Below are positions 11,307 through 23,770 of a stretch of DNA of 64,000 nucleotides, piece after piece (position 1 is the first letter of the stretch; each line of letters opens with the position of its first letter). Where the stretch lies: contig JAUCBJ010005486.1 in the NCBI GenBank assembly GCA_032718475.1, positions 238 to 64,237 of the forward strand, in the 5' to 3' direction. Below the pieces are notes generated by a model. It saw nothing but the letters and a program-made list of their open reading frames with translations, was not told where the DNA came from and did no database searches. The position numbers and the translations under genes are program-made. Source of the stretch: Nemertoderma westbladi (lineage: Eukaryota > Animalia > Xenacoelomorpha).

Positions 11307-13496
11307 TTTACTTCGTGGCTCGCCTCACATTTCCTCACAAGCCTACAACCACGCGCCATTGCGTATCCCTTCCTACTTTGTGGCTCGCCCCACAAGCCTA
11401 CAACCACGCGCCATCGCGTATCCCTTCCTACTTCGTGGCTCGCCTCACATTCCTCACAAGCCTACAACCACGCGCCATCGCGTATCCCTTCCTACTTCGT
11501 GGCTCGCCTCACATTCCTCACAAGCCTACAACCACGCGCCTTCGCGTATCCCTTCCTACTTCGTGGCTCGCCTCACATTCCCCACAAGCCTACAACCACG
11601 CGCCATCGCGTATCCCTTCCTACTTCGTGGCTCGCCTCATATTCCTCACAAGCCTACAACCACGCGCCATCGCGTATCCCTTCCTACTTCGTGGCTCGCC
11701 TCACATTCCTCACAAGCCTACAACCACGCGCCTTCGCGTATCCCTTCCTACTTCGTGGCTCGCCTCACATTCCCCACAAGCCTACAACCACGCGCCATCG
11801 CGTATCCCTTCCTACTTCGTGGCTCGCCTCACATTCCTCACAAGCCTACAACCACGCGCCATCGCGTATCCCTTCCTACTTCGTGGCTCGCCTCACATTC
11901 CTCACAAGCCTACAACCACGCGCCTTCGCGTATCCCTTCCTACTTCGTGGCTCGCCTCACATTCCTCACAAGCCTACAACCACGCGCCATCGCGTATCCC
12001 TTCCTACTTCGTGGCTCGCCTCACATTCCTCACAAGCCTACAACCACGCGCCTTCGCGTATCCCTTCCTACTTCGTGGCTCGCCTCACATTCCCCACAAG
12101 CCTACAACCACGCGCCATCGCGTATCCCTTCCTACTTCGTGGCTCGCCTCACATTCCTCACAAGCCTACAACCACGCGCCATCGCGTATCCCTTCCTACT
12201 TCGTGGCTCGCCTCACATTCCTCACAAGCCTACAACCACGCGCCATCGCGTATATCCCTTCCTACTTTGTGGCTCGCCCCACAAGCCTACAACCACGCGC
12301 CATCGCGTATCCCTTCCTACTTCGTGGCTCGCCTCACATTCCTCACAAGCCTACAACCACGCGCCATCGCGTATCCCTTCCTACTTCGTGGCTCGCCTCA
12401 CATTCCCCACAAACCTACAACCACGCGCCATCGCGTATATCCCTTCCTACTTCGTGGCTCGCCTCACATTTCCTCACAAGCCTACAACCACGCGCCATCG
12501 CGTATCCCTTCCTACTTCGTGGCTCGCCTCACATTTCCTCACAAGCCTACAACCACGCGCCATCGCGTATCCCTTCCTACTTCGTGGCTCGCCTCACATT
12601 CCTCTCAAGCCTACAACCACGCGCCATCGCGTATCCCTTCCTACTTCGTGGCTCGCCTCACATTTCCTCACAAGCCTACAACCACGCGCCATCGCGTATC
12701 CCTTCCTACTTCGTGGCTCGCCTCACATTCCTCTCAAGCCTACAACCACGCGCCATCGCGTATCCCTTCCTACTTCGTGGCTCGCCTCACATTCCTCACA
12801 AGCCTACAACCACGCGCCATCGCGTATATCCCTTCCTACTTTGTGGCTCGCCCCACAAGCCTACAACCACGCGCCATCGCGTATCCCTTCCTACTTCGTG
12901 GCTCGCCTCACATTCCTCACAAGCCTACAACCACGCGCCATCGCGTATCCCTTCCTACTTCGTGGCTCGCCTCACATTCCCCACAAACCTACAACCACGC
13001 GCCATCGCGTATATCCCTTCCTACTTCGTGGCTCGCCTCACATTTCCTCACAAGCCTACAACCACGCGCCATCGCGTATCCCTTCCTACTTCGTGGCTCG
13101 CCTCACATTTCCTCACAAGCCTACAACCACGCGCCATCGCGTATCCCTTCCTACTTCGTGGCTCGCCTCACATTCCTCTCAAGCCTACAACCACGCGCCA
13201 TCGCGTATCCCTTCCTACTTCGTGGCTCGCCTCACATTTCCTCACAAGCCTACAACCACGCGCCATCGCGTATCCCTTCCTACTTCGTGGCTCGCCTCAC
13301 ATTCCTCTCAAGCCTACAACCACGCGCCATCGCGTATCCCTTCCTACTTCGTGGCTCGCCTCACATTCCTCACAAGCCTACAACCACGCGCCATCGCGTA
13401 TCCCTTCCTACTTCGTGGCTCGCCTCACATTCCTCTCAAGCCTACAACCACGCGCCATCGCGTATCCCTTCCTACTTCGTGGCTCGCCTCACATTC
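11307..13496. repeat. 64-bp CpG-rich satellite, left array (about 34 units)
   Basis: Unit CAACCACGCGCCATCGCGTATCCCTTCCTACTTCGTGGCTCGCCTCACATTCCTCACAAGCCTA, with shorter deletion variants and 65/66-bp variants. Confidence 0.97.
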
Positions 13497-13498
13497 GG

Positions 13499-14970
13499 AG
13501 CCCTCCCAGCCAAAAAAATCGAGAAAAAAAAGGAAAAAAGGATTTAATATTTTCAAAAAAAAGGAAAAAAAGGATAGGATGCAGTTAAAAAAAAAGGAAA
13601 AAAAGATAAGATGCAGTTCAAAAAAAAAAGGAAAAAAAGGATCGGATACAGTTCAAAAAAAAGGGGAAAACTGAATAGATATTATCTTTACAAAAGTAAT
13701 AGTAAACATTGTGTCTTTACAGCATTAGTGCTGTTTCTTGATTCTATCTCATTAACCTTACTGTATATACTATGAAGAATCCCATAAAGAAACGTCCTGT
13801 TTTAAATGACAGGAAGATATCAAAGAAAGTTAAAAAATATAAACACGCAGGAAAGAGAACAAAGATCAATGGTAATATAGTTAATATTAATTATAGTTAA
13901 TATATCTATATTACTATTATTATACAGATATTTTCACCTTTTTTGCCTAGTTATCAGAGATGGTCGAGCTCCGCCGATTGATGGTCATTGATATAGGTTT
14001 ATCAAATGATTGTAAATATAACTTAAGTTTGAAAGTGATATAAAAACTTTGGCACGGATTTCCGGTCGTGGCTACATTTATATAAATAACAAAAGTGCTT
14101 TTAGACGCAATCAAAATTCAACCATATCCAGGGGAAAATGGACGCAAATAACAGCCGATTGCGAGCAAAAATGAAACTGTAACAGTGTTATAGGCTTTCA
14201 TTTATTGTTTTGGTTAGAATAGACTGCCACTGCAACCTGTTCCTTTCCCTAAATTTAAATCATCATTGTTGATTCACCAAGGCGGTTTTGCGTCAATTAT
14301 AATAAATCACACTCTAAAAATGTAGCTGCGGAGAGAACTTTAATATACATATTTTCTGAGACAGAGACAGCCTCTGTCTCAGAAATAAATATATTAAAGT
14401 TCTCTCCACAGCTACATTTTTATGGTAGCTTAGCTTGTGATTTTTGTCAAAAAAATATCTAATCAAAATATAATAGGCATATGCCCGTCAATCTCTGTTA
14501 TAACCTTGTCAATATCAGCAGCAAGCTGAAATTTCAGTTTATCTGCCAATGATTGCTGGGATCAAATGGTTTCCATTGGTACCGGTACCGTTACTGCGTT
14601 AAGTATGATTGCAGGAAAATAACTTGTCCTGTACATTGTTATATTAGTTTACTACCAAGCCAAGGACAACTATATTGATAGTATATAGTAAGTACTGAAA
14701 TCGTCATATATGGAGCTACAGTCAGACAGTGGTACAGTACCGGTAATTGATTAAACTGCACGACCTGTCCATCTGTCTCCTGCTGCCTTGTACTGAATAG
14801 ATGTTACAACTTACAGCAGGCTATTTTCTGAACTAAAAAAAAGGAAAAAAAGGTGTGAAAATGGACAAAATAAAAGGAAAAAAGGGAAAATTCTAAAAAA
14901 AAAGGAAAAAAAGGAAACGTTCTAAAAAAAAAGGAAAAAAAAGGAAAAAAGGAAACTCTGGGAGGCCTGG
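13499..14970. mobile_element. Non-autonomous TIR DNA transposon inserted in the satellite
   Basis: AGCCCTCCCAG ... CTGGGAGGCCT termini, ATTCGG on both sides, AAAAAAGG-rich subterminal tracts. A related end (CCAGCCCTCCCAG) occurs at 5485. Confidence 0.6.
14316..14421. repeat. About 105-bp hairpin (micro-MITE)
   Basis: AAAAATGTAGCTGCGGAGAGAACTTTAATATA..TTTCTGAGACAGAG pairs with CTCTGTCTCAGAAA..TATATTAAAGTTCTCTCCACAGCTACATTTTT. Confidence 0.85.
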
Positions 14971-14977
14971 ATTCGGG

Positions 14978-15784
14978 ATTCCCCACAAGCCTACAACCAC
15001 GCGCCATCGCGTATATCCCTTCCTACTTCGTGGCTCGCCTCACATTCCTCACAAGCCTACAACCACGCGCCATCGCGTATATCCCTTCCTACTTTGTGGC
15101 TCGCCCCACAAGCCTACAACCACGCGCCATCGCGTATCCCTTCCTACTTCGTGGCTCGCCTCACATTCCTCACAAGCCTACAACCACGCGCCATCGCGTA
15201 TCCCTTCCTACTTCGTGGCTCGCCTCACATTCCTAACAAGCCTACAACCACGCGCCATCGCGTATCCCTTCCTACTTTGTGGCTCGCCCCACAAGCCTAC
15301 AACCACGCGCCATCGCGTATCCCTTCCTACTTCGTGGCTCGCTTCACATTCCTCACAAGCCTACAACCACGCGCCATCGCGTATCCCTTCCTACTTCGTG
15401 GCTCGCCTCACATTTCCTCACAAGCCTACAACCACGCGCCATCGCGTATATCCCTTCCTACTTCGTGGTTCGCCTCACATTCCTCACAAGCCTACAACCA
15501 CGCGCCATCGCGTATATCCCTTCCTACTTCGTGGTTCGCCTCACATTCCTCACAAGCCTACAACCATGCGCCATCGCGTATATCCCTTCCTACTTCGTGG
15601 TTCGCCTCACATTCCTCACAAGCCTACAACCACGCGCCATCGCGTATATCCCTTCCTACTTCGTGGCTCGCCTCACATTCCTCACAAGCCTACAACCACG
15701 CGCCATCGCGTATCCCTTCCTACTTCGTGGCTCGCCTCACATTCCTCACAAGCCTACAACCACGCGCCATCGCGTATCCCTTCC
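14978..15784. repeat. 64-bp satellite, right array (about 13 units)
   Basis: Same monomer as 11307-13496. Confidence 0.97.
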
Positions 15785-15932
15785 CTTTCAACTAATTAAT
15801 ATACCAACCCTAAATAAATTAATTAAATCCAAAACCGGCATAATTCTTGCCAACAAAATATTGGTGAATAAATCATAGGTAATCAAGGTGTGTGGTAAAT
15901 CTAAATATTATAGCCATTGTTCGTAAACTGGG

Positions 15933-15947
15933 GTTGCTAGGTGATAC
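15933..15947 (+). promoter_or_regulatory. Possible RFX X-box upstream of ERICH6
   Basis: GTTGCTAGGTGATAC about 270 bp upstream of the ATG; imperfect match to the X-box consensus. Confidence 0.35.
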
Positions 15948-16218
15948 AAAACGCTAAATCTTATCATTTAATCTCATAGGTTCCCGTTATTATGATATGG
16001 TTCTCCCCTCCTCCCTAGTAAAGGTTAATTTGCTAAAACTTTTCGCCGCGTACATTAAAATATGGATTAATTATTATTATTTCTGATATTTAAAATATTT
16101 GAAACACTTGGTTAAAAATATTATATAAGTGTGTCTTACATTATGCAGTATGTCAGCGTAACGTTTAAATACAAACAAAGTTGTAAATATTATACTGTAA
16201 AATAACAAATTCAAGGCG

Positions 16219-18153
16219 ATGTCAGAAGCAGCATTAAACTCTATTGATATGGAGGGGAGATCAGGCCGATTATCACCAATACAATCAGCCGATTCCAGCG
16301 CAGTGGCCTCACCCAGAACCCCAGACACGCGAACCCCAGACAGCAAAACTCCAGACCCACAAACCCCAGACACCCACGCGTCCACAACACCAGACTCACA
16401 GCGGAAACTTGGTTCACCGCCAATATTACCGCCGATATCCCAGACAAGTGGAGCCGAGAACGAACCTTGTCACATCGAAACGCAAACTGAAATATCATGG
16501 TTGCTAAGCGATTACCTAAACAGTGATGAACTTATTGCGATCGGTGAAACAGAAAAAGAGTTGGACAAGGAGAATGAGAAAGCGGGTAAAGATTTTGGTG
16601 TTACATTTAATCTCCCAGAGGACGAAACGGATGTCTCTGATGAAGTTATAGAGAGTGTGGCAGAAATTGTGGAAAGCGAGACAGGGTTTGTAGATGATGA
16701 CACAGAGACTACAGTGAGTAGGATTAGTACAGGGGCGTTGCTAAGCGAGCAAACTGACGTCACAGACGAGGTGCCGAGGATGGATCGATTGGGCCCGCCG
16801 CGGGTGGTCGGAGTGCAAAGGGAAAGCGAGTTACAAGGGATCGAACCTTCGGCATTGCCTGACGATGATGCGCTGCTCCTACAGGGGTTGTTCGTGGGTC
16901 GTTGCGAATTCTGTCGCAGAGAAATAAAACCCTTTCCGAGTCTAGAGGAACAAGTGCGGAAACCCCCGCACTCCATCTACTGTTGCGACGATTATGAGAA
17001 GTTTATGGAGGTGGCATTGTCCCGGGGGAACGGGGTCGGTCCCTCGTGGGATATGGACGTGGGGGACGCGGTGTCCCAACTCATCGATATATCGCCGCAT
17101 CCGCCGTACGGGAGTCGCGTGTCGCGACGCGCCGCCAAGGAGAAAGCGGCGCAACGGATGCGACAACGGGAGCTGCAACGCCAGCGACGGTTGCTGCAGC
17201 AACAACAGCAGGAAGAGGAGGCGGGAACGGCCGCTGCGGAGAAGTTTAAACAGTCGGGAGGCGGCGGGGGTGGCGAGGGGGGAGGAGGGGCGGAAGCGAA
17301 GGCGTTGACGACGATAAACTTTAGTTTAGCGAGTAAGCGATGCGAGGATTGCGGTTGGTTCACAAGACCACCCACACCACCAATAGAAGACGAAGATGAA
17401 ATCGAAATAGTTAGTCCGCCAGTCGTTAAGATAGGCGACGTAACGGGGAGGAATTTGCTCGTTAAGTTTTATCCTAATGGAAGTAAATTTCTAACTCTGT
17501 TTCCTGACGGCAGTGGGACTGTATTGTACCCGAGCGGTCGACCGGCTGTCGTTGTTTCCACGGTTCAACTCGGATGTCTGAGTTTCTTCGCGTTCTCAGA
17601 TGCCACGACCGACGCAAACGGGCAGACCCGCGAACCCAAGCTGCTCGCTGTTGCTGATCCGGAGGGGCGGGGCGCATGCAACACAGAGAACGGTCGTCTA
17701 GCGATGTGGTACGACCACCGGGGTGGTAACATATTCAACGCGAGGGGCGTTAAGCGTAAGCGTTGGTTGTGGGGCGAGTTTGTGTCGCCCCACACCCACG
17801 CGCCACCTCTACAACCCATCGTTTTGTGGCTGAGTCGGAATTTCTGCATCCGAGTCGCCGATCAGCAGCACATAACGATGCAGTTCTCGTGCGATCGCCG
17901 CACTGTGCGGTTCAACGTTGGAGTCGGAGTCAAGGTGACAGCGGAGGCGACGCGGCACGATTACGCGACGCGAGAACTCGAGGCGTTCAGGGCGCGTACC
18001 GGGGTGCTGATTCACCGACTCCGCGAGTCCATACAGTACCCCCACGCTGTTCCGGGACGGATGCCGTTGCCGGGGTATCTATCGCGAAAAGTCAAGACGA
18101 GCGTCTCTTTCTCGAAAAAAGATTCGCCGAGATTTACAGCAGTCGCCCATTAA
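16219..18153 (+). CDS. ERICH6: Glutamate-rich protein 6 (FAM194 domain), intronless, nested antisense in a titin intron
   Basis: Intact 644-aa ORF; acidic N-terminus; CEFC...YCC motif; FAM194 signature KFYPNGSKFLTLFPDGSGTVLYPSGRPA and WLW..PHTHAPPLQPI; GC-rich coding island. Confidence 0.85.
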   Translation: MSEAALNSIDMEGRSGRLSPIQSADSSAVASPRTPDTRTPDSKTPDPQTPDTHASTTPDSQRKLGSPPILPPISQTSGAENEPCHIETQTEISWLLSDYLNSDELIAIGETEKELDKENEKAGKDFGVTFNLPEDETDVSDEVIESVAEIVESETGFVDDDTETTVSRISTGALLSEQTDVTDEVPRMDRLGPPRVVGVQRESELQGIEPSALPDDDALLLQGLFVGRCEFCRREIKPFPSLEEQVRKPPHSIYCCDDYEKFMEVALSRGNGVGPSWDMDVGDAVSQLIDISPHPPYGSRVSRRAAKEKAAQRMRQRELQRQRRLLQQQQQEEEAGTAAAEKFKQSGGGGGGEGGGGAEAKALTTINFSLASKRCEDCGWFTRPPTPPIEDEDEIEIVSPPVVKIGDVTGRNLLVKFYPNGSKFLTLFPDGSGTVLYPSGRPAVVVSTVQLGCLSFFAFSDATTDANGQTREPKLLAVADPEGRGACNTENGRLAMWYDHRGGNIFNARGVKRKRWLWGEFVSPHTHAPPLQPIVLWLSRNFCIRVADQQHITMQFSCDRRTVRFNVGVGVKVTAEATRHDYATRELEAFRARTGVLIHRLRESIQYPHAVPGRMPLPGYLSRKVKTSVSFSKKDSPRFTAVAH

Positions 18154-18727
18154 ATGTATTTGGGCTCAATCATGGCCAACTAAAAGATATAAAACAATTT
18201 TAAAAGATAAAAGACCTTTTCGTAGGCTATGGATCCATAAAACTAGAATGTATAATTGAAATTAATACTCCAACAAGTCTAGTTACCGGTACAGCAACTT
18301 CAGTCGTGAAGTACAGTATGCTTACAATTAAACTGAAAGTAAATAGTCAGCTAAAACGTGTAAATAAATTAGCGGTAAAAAATATGTTAGTAGTTGTATT
18401 TGTTTTATAATAAATCTCATATTATTTGGGTAAGGAGATACCACAGGCATATCAGCCCAAATAAAAATTATAGAAAATGAAATACAATACATTTTATACA
18501 GTATAAAATGATAAAAATTTTAATAACTTATAAAAAGGTCTCAGGCTGTGACACATACACATCGCTCGAATTAAGATAAAAAGTTTTATTAGCCGGTAAA
18601 AAAAAGTGGCAATTGAACATGTGTCGTCTGGCAGGTTTGTGGTACTGTATATATGCAGTAGATTAACTAAGTTTACAACCAGTTTCAGTGACAAACTAAA
18701 CGAGCGATTCATATCAGTAAAAGTGAA

Positions 18728-18799
18728 TGCCTGGACCCGGATTCGAGCCGGGGTTTTTGCGGCCACAACGCAAAGTACTAACCACTATACTATCCAGGC
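18728..18799 (-). tRNA. tRNA-His(GTG), C54 variant
   Basis: GCCTGGATAGTATAGTGGTTAGTACTTTGCGTTGTGGCCGCAAAAACCCCGGCTCGAATCCGGGTCCAGGCA; all four stems pair; TTTT downstream. Confidence 0.9.
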
Positions 18800-18859
18800 G
18801 ACTGGTACACAAGAAACTAATAATTATTACTATATAGTATAATTCATTATCAATAAGTA

Positions 18860-19800
18860 CATTAAGTGGCTCCAACCGGAAATAAAGAAACAGAAAAAAT
18901 AAGAAACTGAGTGCTGCAAAGTCCTATGATACTAGCAGCCATTAATTACTTTGTTTACACAAGGAATACGGCCTGGTTTAATGTGGCGATCTAACATATG
19001 ACTAAATAATTCTTGAAAGTAATTTTTAAATTTTTTATTGACGCCCTCTAGCAGCCGGTACAGAAAGTATTATTTCCAAAAAACGCTACTACAGCACTGT
19101 AGTCATGGAGTTTTAATCCAAATATAATGAAATTTACTTTATTGAACACATTTTATTGAATGTATTTGGCAGTCCGTCAACTAGGACTATGTAACGCTGT
19201 TTTCAACAAAAAATTGGAAAAATTATTTAAAACACGGCGGTGGAGTAATAATTTTAAAATTGAAAATGTCATTCCGAGATAATAGTAGGCCTATTTAAAG
19301 ATTAAAACTTCCCGCGCAAAACTGTCTGCTTGTGGTCAGTCAATATGTAAGAATGTTTGGTTTAATAATGTTTGACACTAAGGAACCACACCATCTCGGT
19401 AAAAATCTCATTACAGGGGTTTTGATGGTCGGTGATTTCATTTTTGAAAGCAGTTTTAATGTGTATTACTGTGTAGAATTAAATCTGTCTGTCTGCCTGT
19501 TTGCCTGTGAATATATCAAAACATTATAATCACACCATGGAGCTACAATTATCGCGGTAGGGGGTTTTGTGGTCTGTCATTTCATTTCTAATGTCGGTTT
19601 CCAAGTTTCGCGGATTTCTGACTGGCATTTAGTCTGTCTGTCTGTCTGTCAAAATTTAATAAAGCATAACGTGTACTGTAGTTAAATTTTCATTATGGGG
19701 GTTTTCATGGATTGTGATTCCATTTTCTGCATGTCGGTCTGTCTGTTTGTTTGCCATCAGTTTGACGGTGAGATTGAGATGAAAAAACAGCTATAACTAA
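18860..19800. mobile_element. Degenerate relative of the Kolobok-like family (27724, 36495)
   Basis: Shares AAAATGTCATTCCGAGA, CTTCCCGC..AACTGTCTG, GGGGTTTT..GGTCG.TGATTTCATT and (GTCT)n blocks. Confidence 0.55.
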
Positions 19801-20014
19801 TGTATAGAACAAAAAGAGATCTAAAAGAGATTCCAGAATAAACACATCGCTCGAAATTGGATAAACAGATTTATCCGCCGGTAAATATAAATGTCAATCG
19901 GACGAATTAGGTGACGGCGGTTTGGTTGTGGTATAGGCCCTCCTATGGATTGACAAAGTATATCGCCAATTTCATTGACAAACAAACCGCGCGATTCATA
20001 TCAGTAAAAGAGAA

Positions 20015-20086
20015 TGCCTGGACCCGGATTCGAGCCGGGGTTTTTGCGGCCACAACGCAAAGTACTAACCACTATACTATCCAGGC
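20015..20086 (-). tRNA. tRNA-His(GTG), C54 variant
   Basis: Identical to 18728-18799. Confidence 0.9.
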
Positions 20087-20606
20087 GAATGGTACCTAAC
20101 AACAACTAATAATTATTACCGTTGATTATGTACGGTGCTCTGGTCGTAGAGGTTCGGTTGGCGGGGAGAGCACGTAAGTCCAGGTGAGCATTACCGTAGG
20201 GGTATAATTAGTGGACCGTTTGTCGTCGTCGATTGAAATGTTTGATCGCTAGTGAGTCGGTCAATCATGGATGAAATGGAACCAAACTTGGTACACATGT
20301 AGTCTATAAAAGTTTACATATCCTACACACATGCAGACTTCTATAGTTCATTTGAAGACCGATAGGGGGCGAATGTCTAGGTCCACTATAATTGTCCACT
20401 ACGCAAAAGATCATTTGGACTATACTTCGATGTTCAACTTAAACAGCAAAAAAACCTTGTACTGTATAACAACCTCGGCCTCGGTAGTTATTAGATTTAT
20501 TTTGCTTCAGGTCAATATTCGGCTTATCTCCCACATGTACAATATTGTAATTGTAAATAAACACTTTGATAAAATAGAATGCAGTTTCTGAATGATCAGA
20601 AACTGG

Positions 20607-20784
20607 ATGTGGGTCAAAATCACTAAAAGTGGCCAACATTAGGTTTGAATTTTCGTCTAAAATTTTTTGCTTCAAAACCTATAAATATATATCATTCGAA
20701 AGCTCTTTTTAAGGGGAATTTGAAGAGCACGATGAACAGCTATTAAATTTTACTTAATTAGCTCTATTTGGGTTTTAAGTTAAG

Positions 20785-20819
<35 letters not shown>

Positions 20820-21638
20820 TTTCGTATAGTACAGTATAGAGTCTGTAATGAGGGGACGCATTACAGGGGAACATTTCCTGCTTATTTTTTTTATCTCTTA
20901 TTTCAATAAACTTCTACATATTTTAAATTATAATGTTTGGGTAAATTGAAAAGCCCGCGAAATTTCATTTTCAAAAATACGAGCCAAATAAGACTTATGT
21001 AACTTGGAAATAATTTATTGACCTTGAAGTGGCATTACAGGGAGGGGGGTGGGGACAAAGCAAGCAAAACACCCCAACTTCATAATTTTAAACACTATAT
21101 GAATATTCTCACATGCCATTGATTGGTTGAAATTTGGTCAGCGAACATGGGAAAGATGGTTCCTACATATGATAGCCAGATTTTTATGATTGGAGCTGTA
21201 CATCATAGTTAACCAGGGTCCATTACAGGGGGGAGGGGTACACAAAACCAATAAAATTGTCTAATGCGTATTCTTACTGTCAGACGTACCTTAGATACAT
21301 TGGACAACAATAAATAATATATTAGCTTCTGCAGAATTTTACGCTCTTTCAAATGGTATATAGATATCAACATATCTGGTTCGTTAACATTATAAAATTT
21401 AAATGCCTGTAACTTAGTTTGAGTGTCTAAACTGATAAATCTATGTTTTTTTCGAATTCGCGCAGATATTCTGAAAAATTAATACAAGGTAGCGTTGCAA
21501 AATAACGGTGACCTATAACACCAAAAAATGTTAAGATATAAATTATTGGAAATGATCGAGGAAGTCAAAAGTTACGGTGTCCACATACAGTAATGTTTTT
21601 GTGTAATTTTGGCCACTTTTAGTGATTTTGACCCATAT
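20607..21638. mobile_element. MITE with about 30-bp TIRs
   Basis: GGGTCAAAATCACTAAAAGTGGCCAA at 20611 and its reverse complement ending at 21634. Confidence 0.7.
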
Positions 21639-21648
21639 ATCAAAAATG

Positions 21649-21720
21649 TGCCTGGACCCGGATTCGAGCCGGGGTTTTTGCGGCCACAACGCAAAGTACT
21701 AACCACTATACTATCCAGGC
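21649..21720 (-). tRNA. tRNA-His(GTG), C54 variant
   Basis: Identical to the other two copies; T5 just downstream. Confidence 0.9.
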
Positions 21721-22467
21721 GTTAGATACTGGTACATAAGAAACACCGATTATTACTGTGTAAGCTACAATAATATGTTGGCTATTAAATTTATGAAACT
21801 GTCAGAGACAACAGTGAGAACTTTACAAGTGACAACAGAAAGAGGTGGAGTGGATACAGTGGAAAATAGTAAATAAACTTATTCTATTTTTATTCTATAT
21901 TATTTGAATCTCTTGATTCAAATCAACATACTGTAACGTTTCACTTTATGAAACATTGAAATTTGAAACAGTAAAATTGTGATGACCAATATTAAATTCA
22001 TAGAAATATTAAACTATAGAGACTAAACTTAGATAACTAAGTTACTAAAAACATAATATAGTTTATAGAAAAAATATTAAACTTAACAAATTATTATTAA
22101 ATGAACATTAAAAATGTAGTAAATTACGCATCAAGTTTAGTAAGCAAGCATGCAAGCAAGCTTCATTTTACTTAATGTTTTCACTCGTCACTGTATACAT
22201 TTTGTGTACAGTATACATTATACCATCATGGAGAGAACAATATCATAAAAAAAAATACATGACATAAACTTGCTCTTCTCAGCGCTTACGTTGTAAAATC
22301 ACTAGACCTACATTCCAAAGTTATGCAAATAAGGCTACTTACTTCCCCCATCCTATGTAGGCCTACAGATATGTCCATCCATATCATAGGCCTACTGTCT
22401 ACGTCCCCGTATCCTATAGTAAATAATAATAATATAGCAATAGGACGATGAATGTATATAAACTCAC

Positions 22468-22641
22468 CCCGATGTGCGAGGATGAATCTCTATTTGGTAG
22501 GAATCCCTTTCTCCCGAACTGTAAGAGGGTTGGTTGGAGTGCTCGATGCTAACTCTTACACTGGCGGTGTCGGTACCGGCGGCATTCTGGATGACAACCG
22601 AATACCAACCGGATGCGGAAGTGTCTGGTCGATCAATAAAC
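22468..22641 (-). CDS. TTN: Titin-like exon (Ig C-half: FIDRPDTSASGWYSVVIQNAAGTDTASVRVSIE)
   Basis: AG acceptor, GTGAGT donor, phase 2/2 consistent with both neighbours. Confidence 0.8.
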
Positions 22642-23461
22642 CTTCGGAAAATAAACGTGATATTCTCGAGAAAATAAACAATAAACATATTAAAAATGTA
22701 GTTAAAACTTTTAACACATTTATTTATAAAATAAATTTATTAGAGAAAAAATAAGGAGTATCAATACATGGTAAAAATGTTTATAAATTACAGTAATAGG
22801 GTAAAATATATATTAAATTTGCCTACAATTATTGAATTATTCATTCTGTAAACATATAGTGTTCCAAAAAGGGTCATCCGTTTCGTTTTTGAATAACCAT
22901 GGTTGTCGTAATCTATTGCATAATTCCCGTGGCATATAAACCAAACGTGTCAGCGGCAGCACAATAATACTGTTCATTGCTTTTCAACGACTGTATCAGA
23001 ATTTCTCATGATTTGTTAAAAAAAAGTTGTCGTACAAGACGATCTAATAAACGCGAATGGACATGAAAGCGCTGGATTCTAGATAACTTTGTGACCAGTT
23101 GTAGTACAAGGACCACCATATACTGTACTACAGTACAATACGTACTATACTTGGGGGGGGGGGGGGGGGGGGGGGGGGGGACGCGGGCAAACTCCATCTC
23201 TGTTTGGTGTATTTGTTATTATACAGGGAAAGCATAGATTATGGGCAAAAATGTAACCGATTGGCTTCAATTATTATTTTTCTTAGAATAACGTGGCTCT
23301 GTAACACCTTTCCCGTAATTTATAATTAACAATGTTGATTCGAGGATTATAGATATCGCATTTCGCCGGGATGGGATTAGCAAAAAGCCTGCCCCCATCC
23401 CCCCCCCACCCCCTGTTTTCCCTCTGTTAGACATTAACTCTTTATACATAATGACACTAAC

Positions 23462-23651
23462 AGAGTGTAACGACCATTACTATCTTCCGTTCTCGCAGAG
23501 TTCGGGAGTTTTCGCTTGTTGTCTTTCAACCACGTGACTCTTGGGGGCGGGGTACCTCGAACTACACAACTCAACTGGATCGGTTGCCCCTCGTTACTGG
23601 TGACGTTCTCGGGTACCTCAATAAACTCGGGTCTGGTCGCCGCACTTTTAG
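23462..23651 (-). CDS. TTN: Titin-like exon (Ig N-half: RPEFIEVPENVTSNEGQPIQLSCVVRGTPPPRVTWLKD)
   Basis: TTTCAG acceptor, GTTAGT donor, phase 1/2. Not in the ORF track; translated by hand. Confidence 0.85.
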
Positions 23652-23770
23652 CTGAAATAATAAAGAATTAAATTAGGCCGATAAATTGATATTAAAAAAA
23701 AATAATAAACGAATTGCAGTAAAGGAAAGGGGCGAGCCACGTGGTATAAAGCGTAGTATTCGGTGTACAT

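Noticed and set aside
11307-15784. CRISPR-like array
   Set aside because: Units are contiguous with no unique spacers, there are no cas genes, and the context is eukaryotic.
11285-15878. Long ORFs (747-793 aa and about 200 aa) in all three + frames
   Set aside because: Artefact of a stop-free 64-bp satellite; the same peptide cycles through all three frames.
16077-18203. Many overlapping short ORFs around ERICH6
   Set aside because: Shadow ORFs of a GC-rich coding region.
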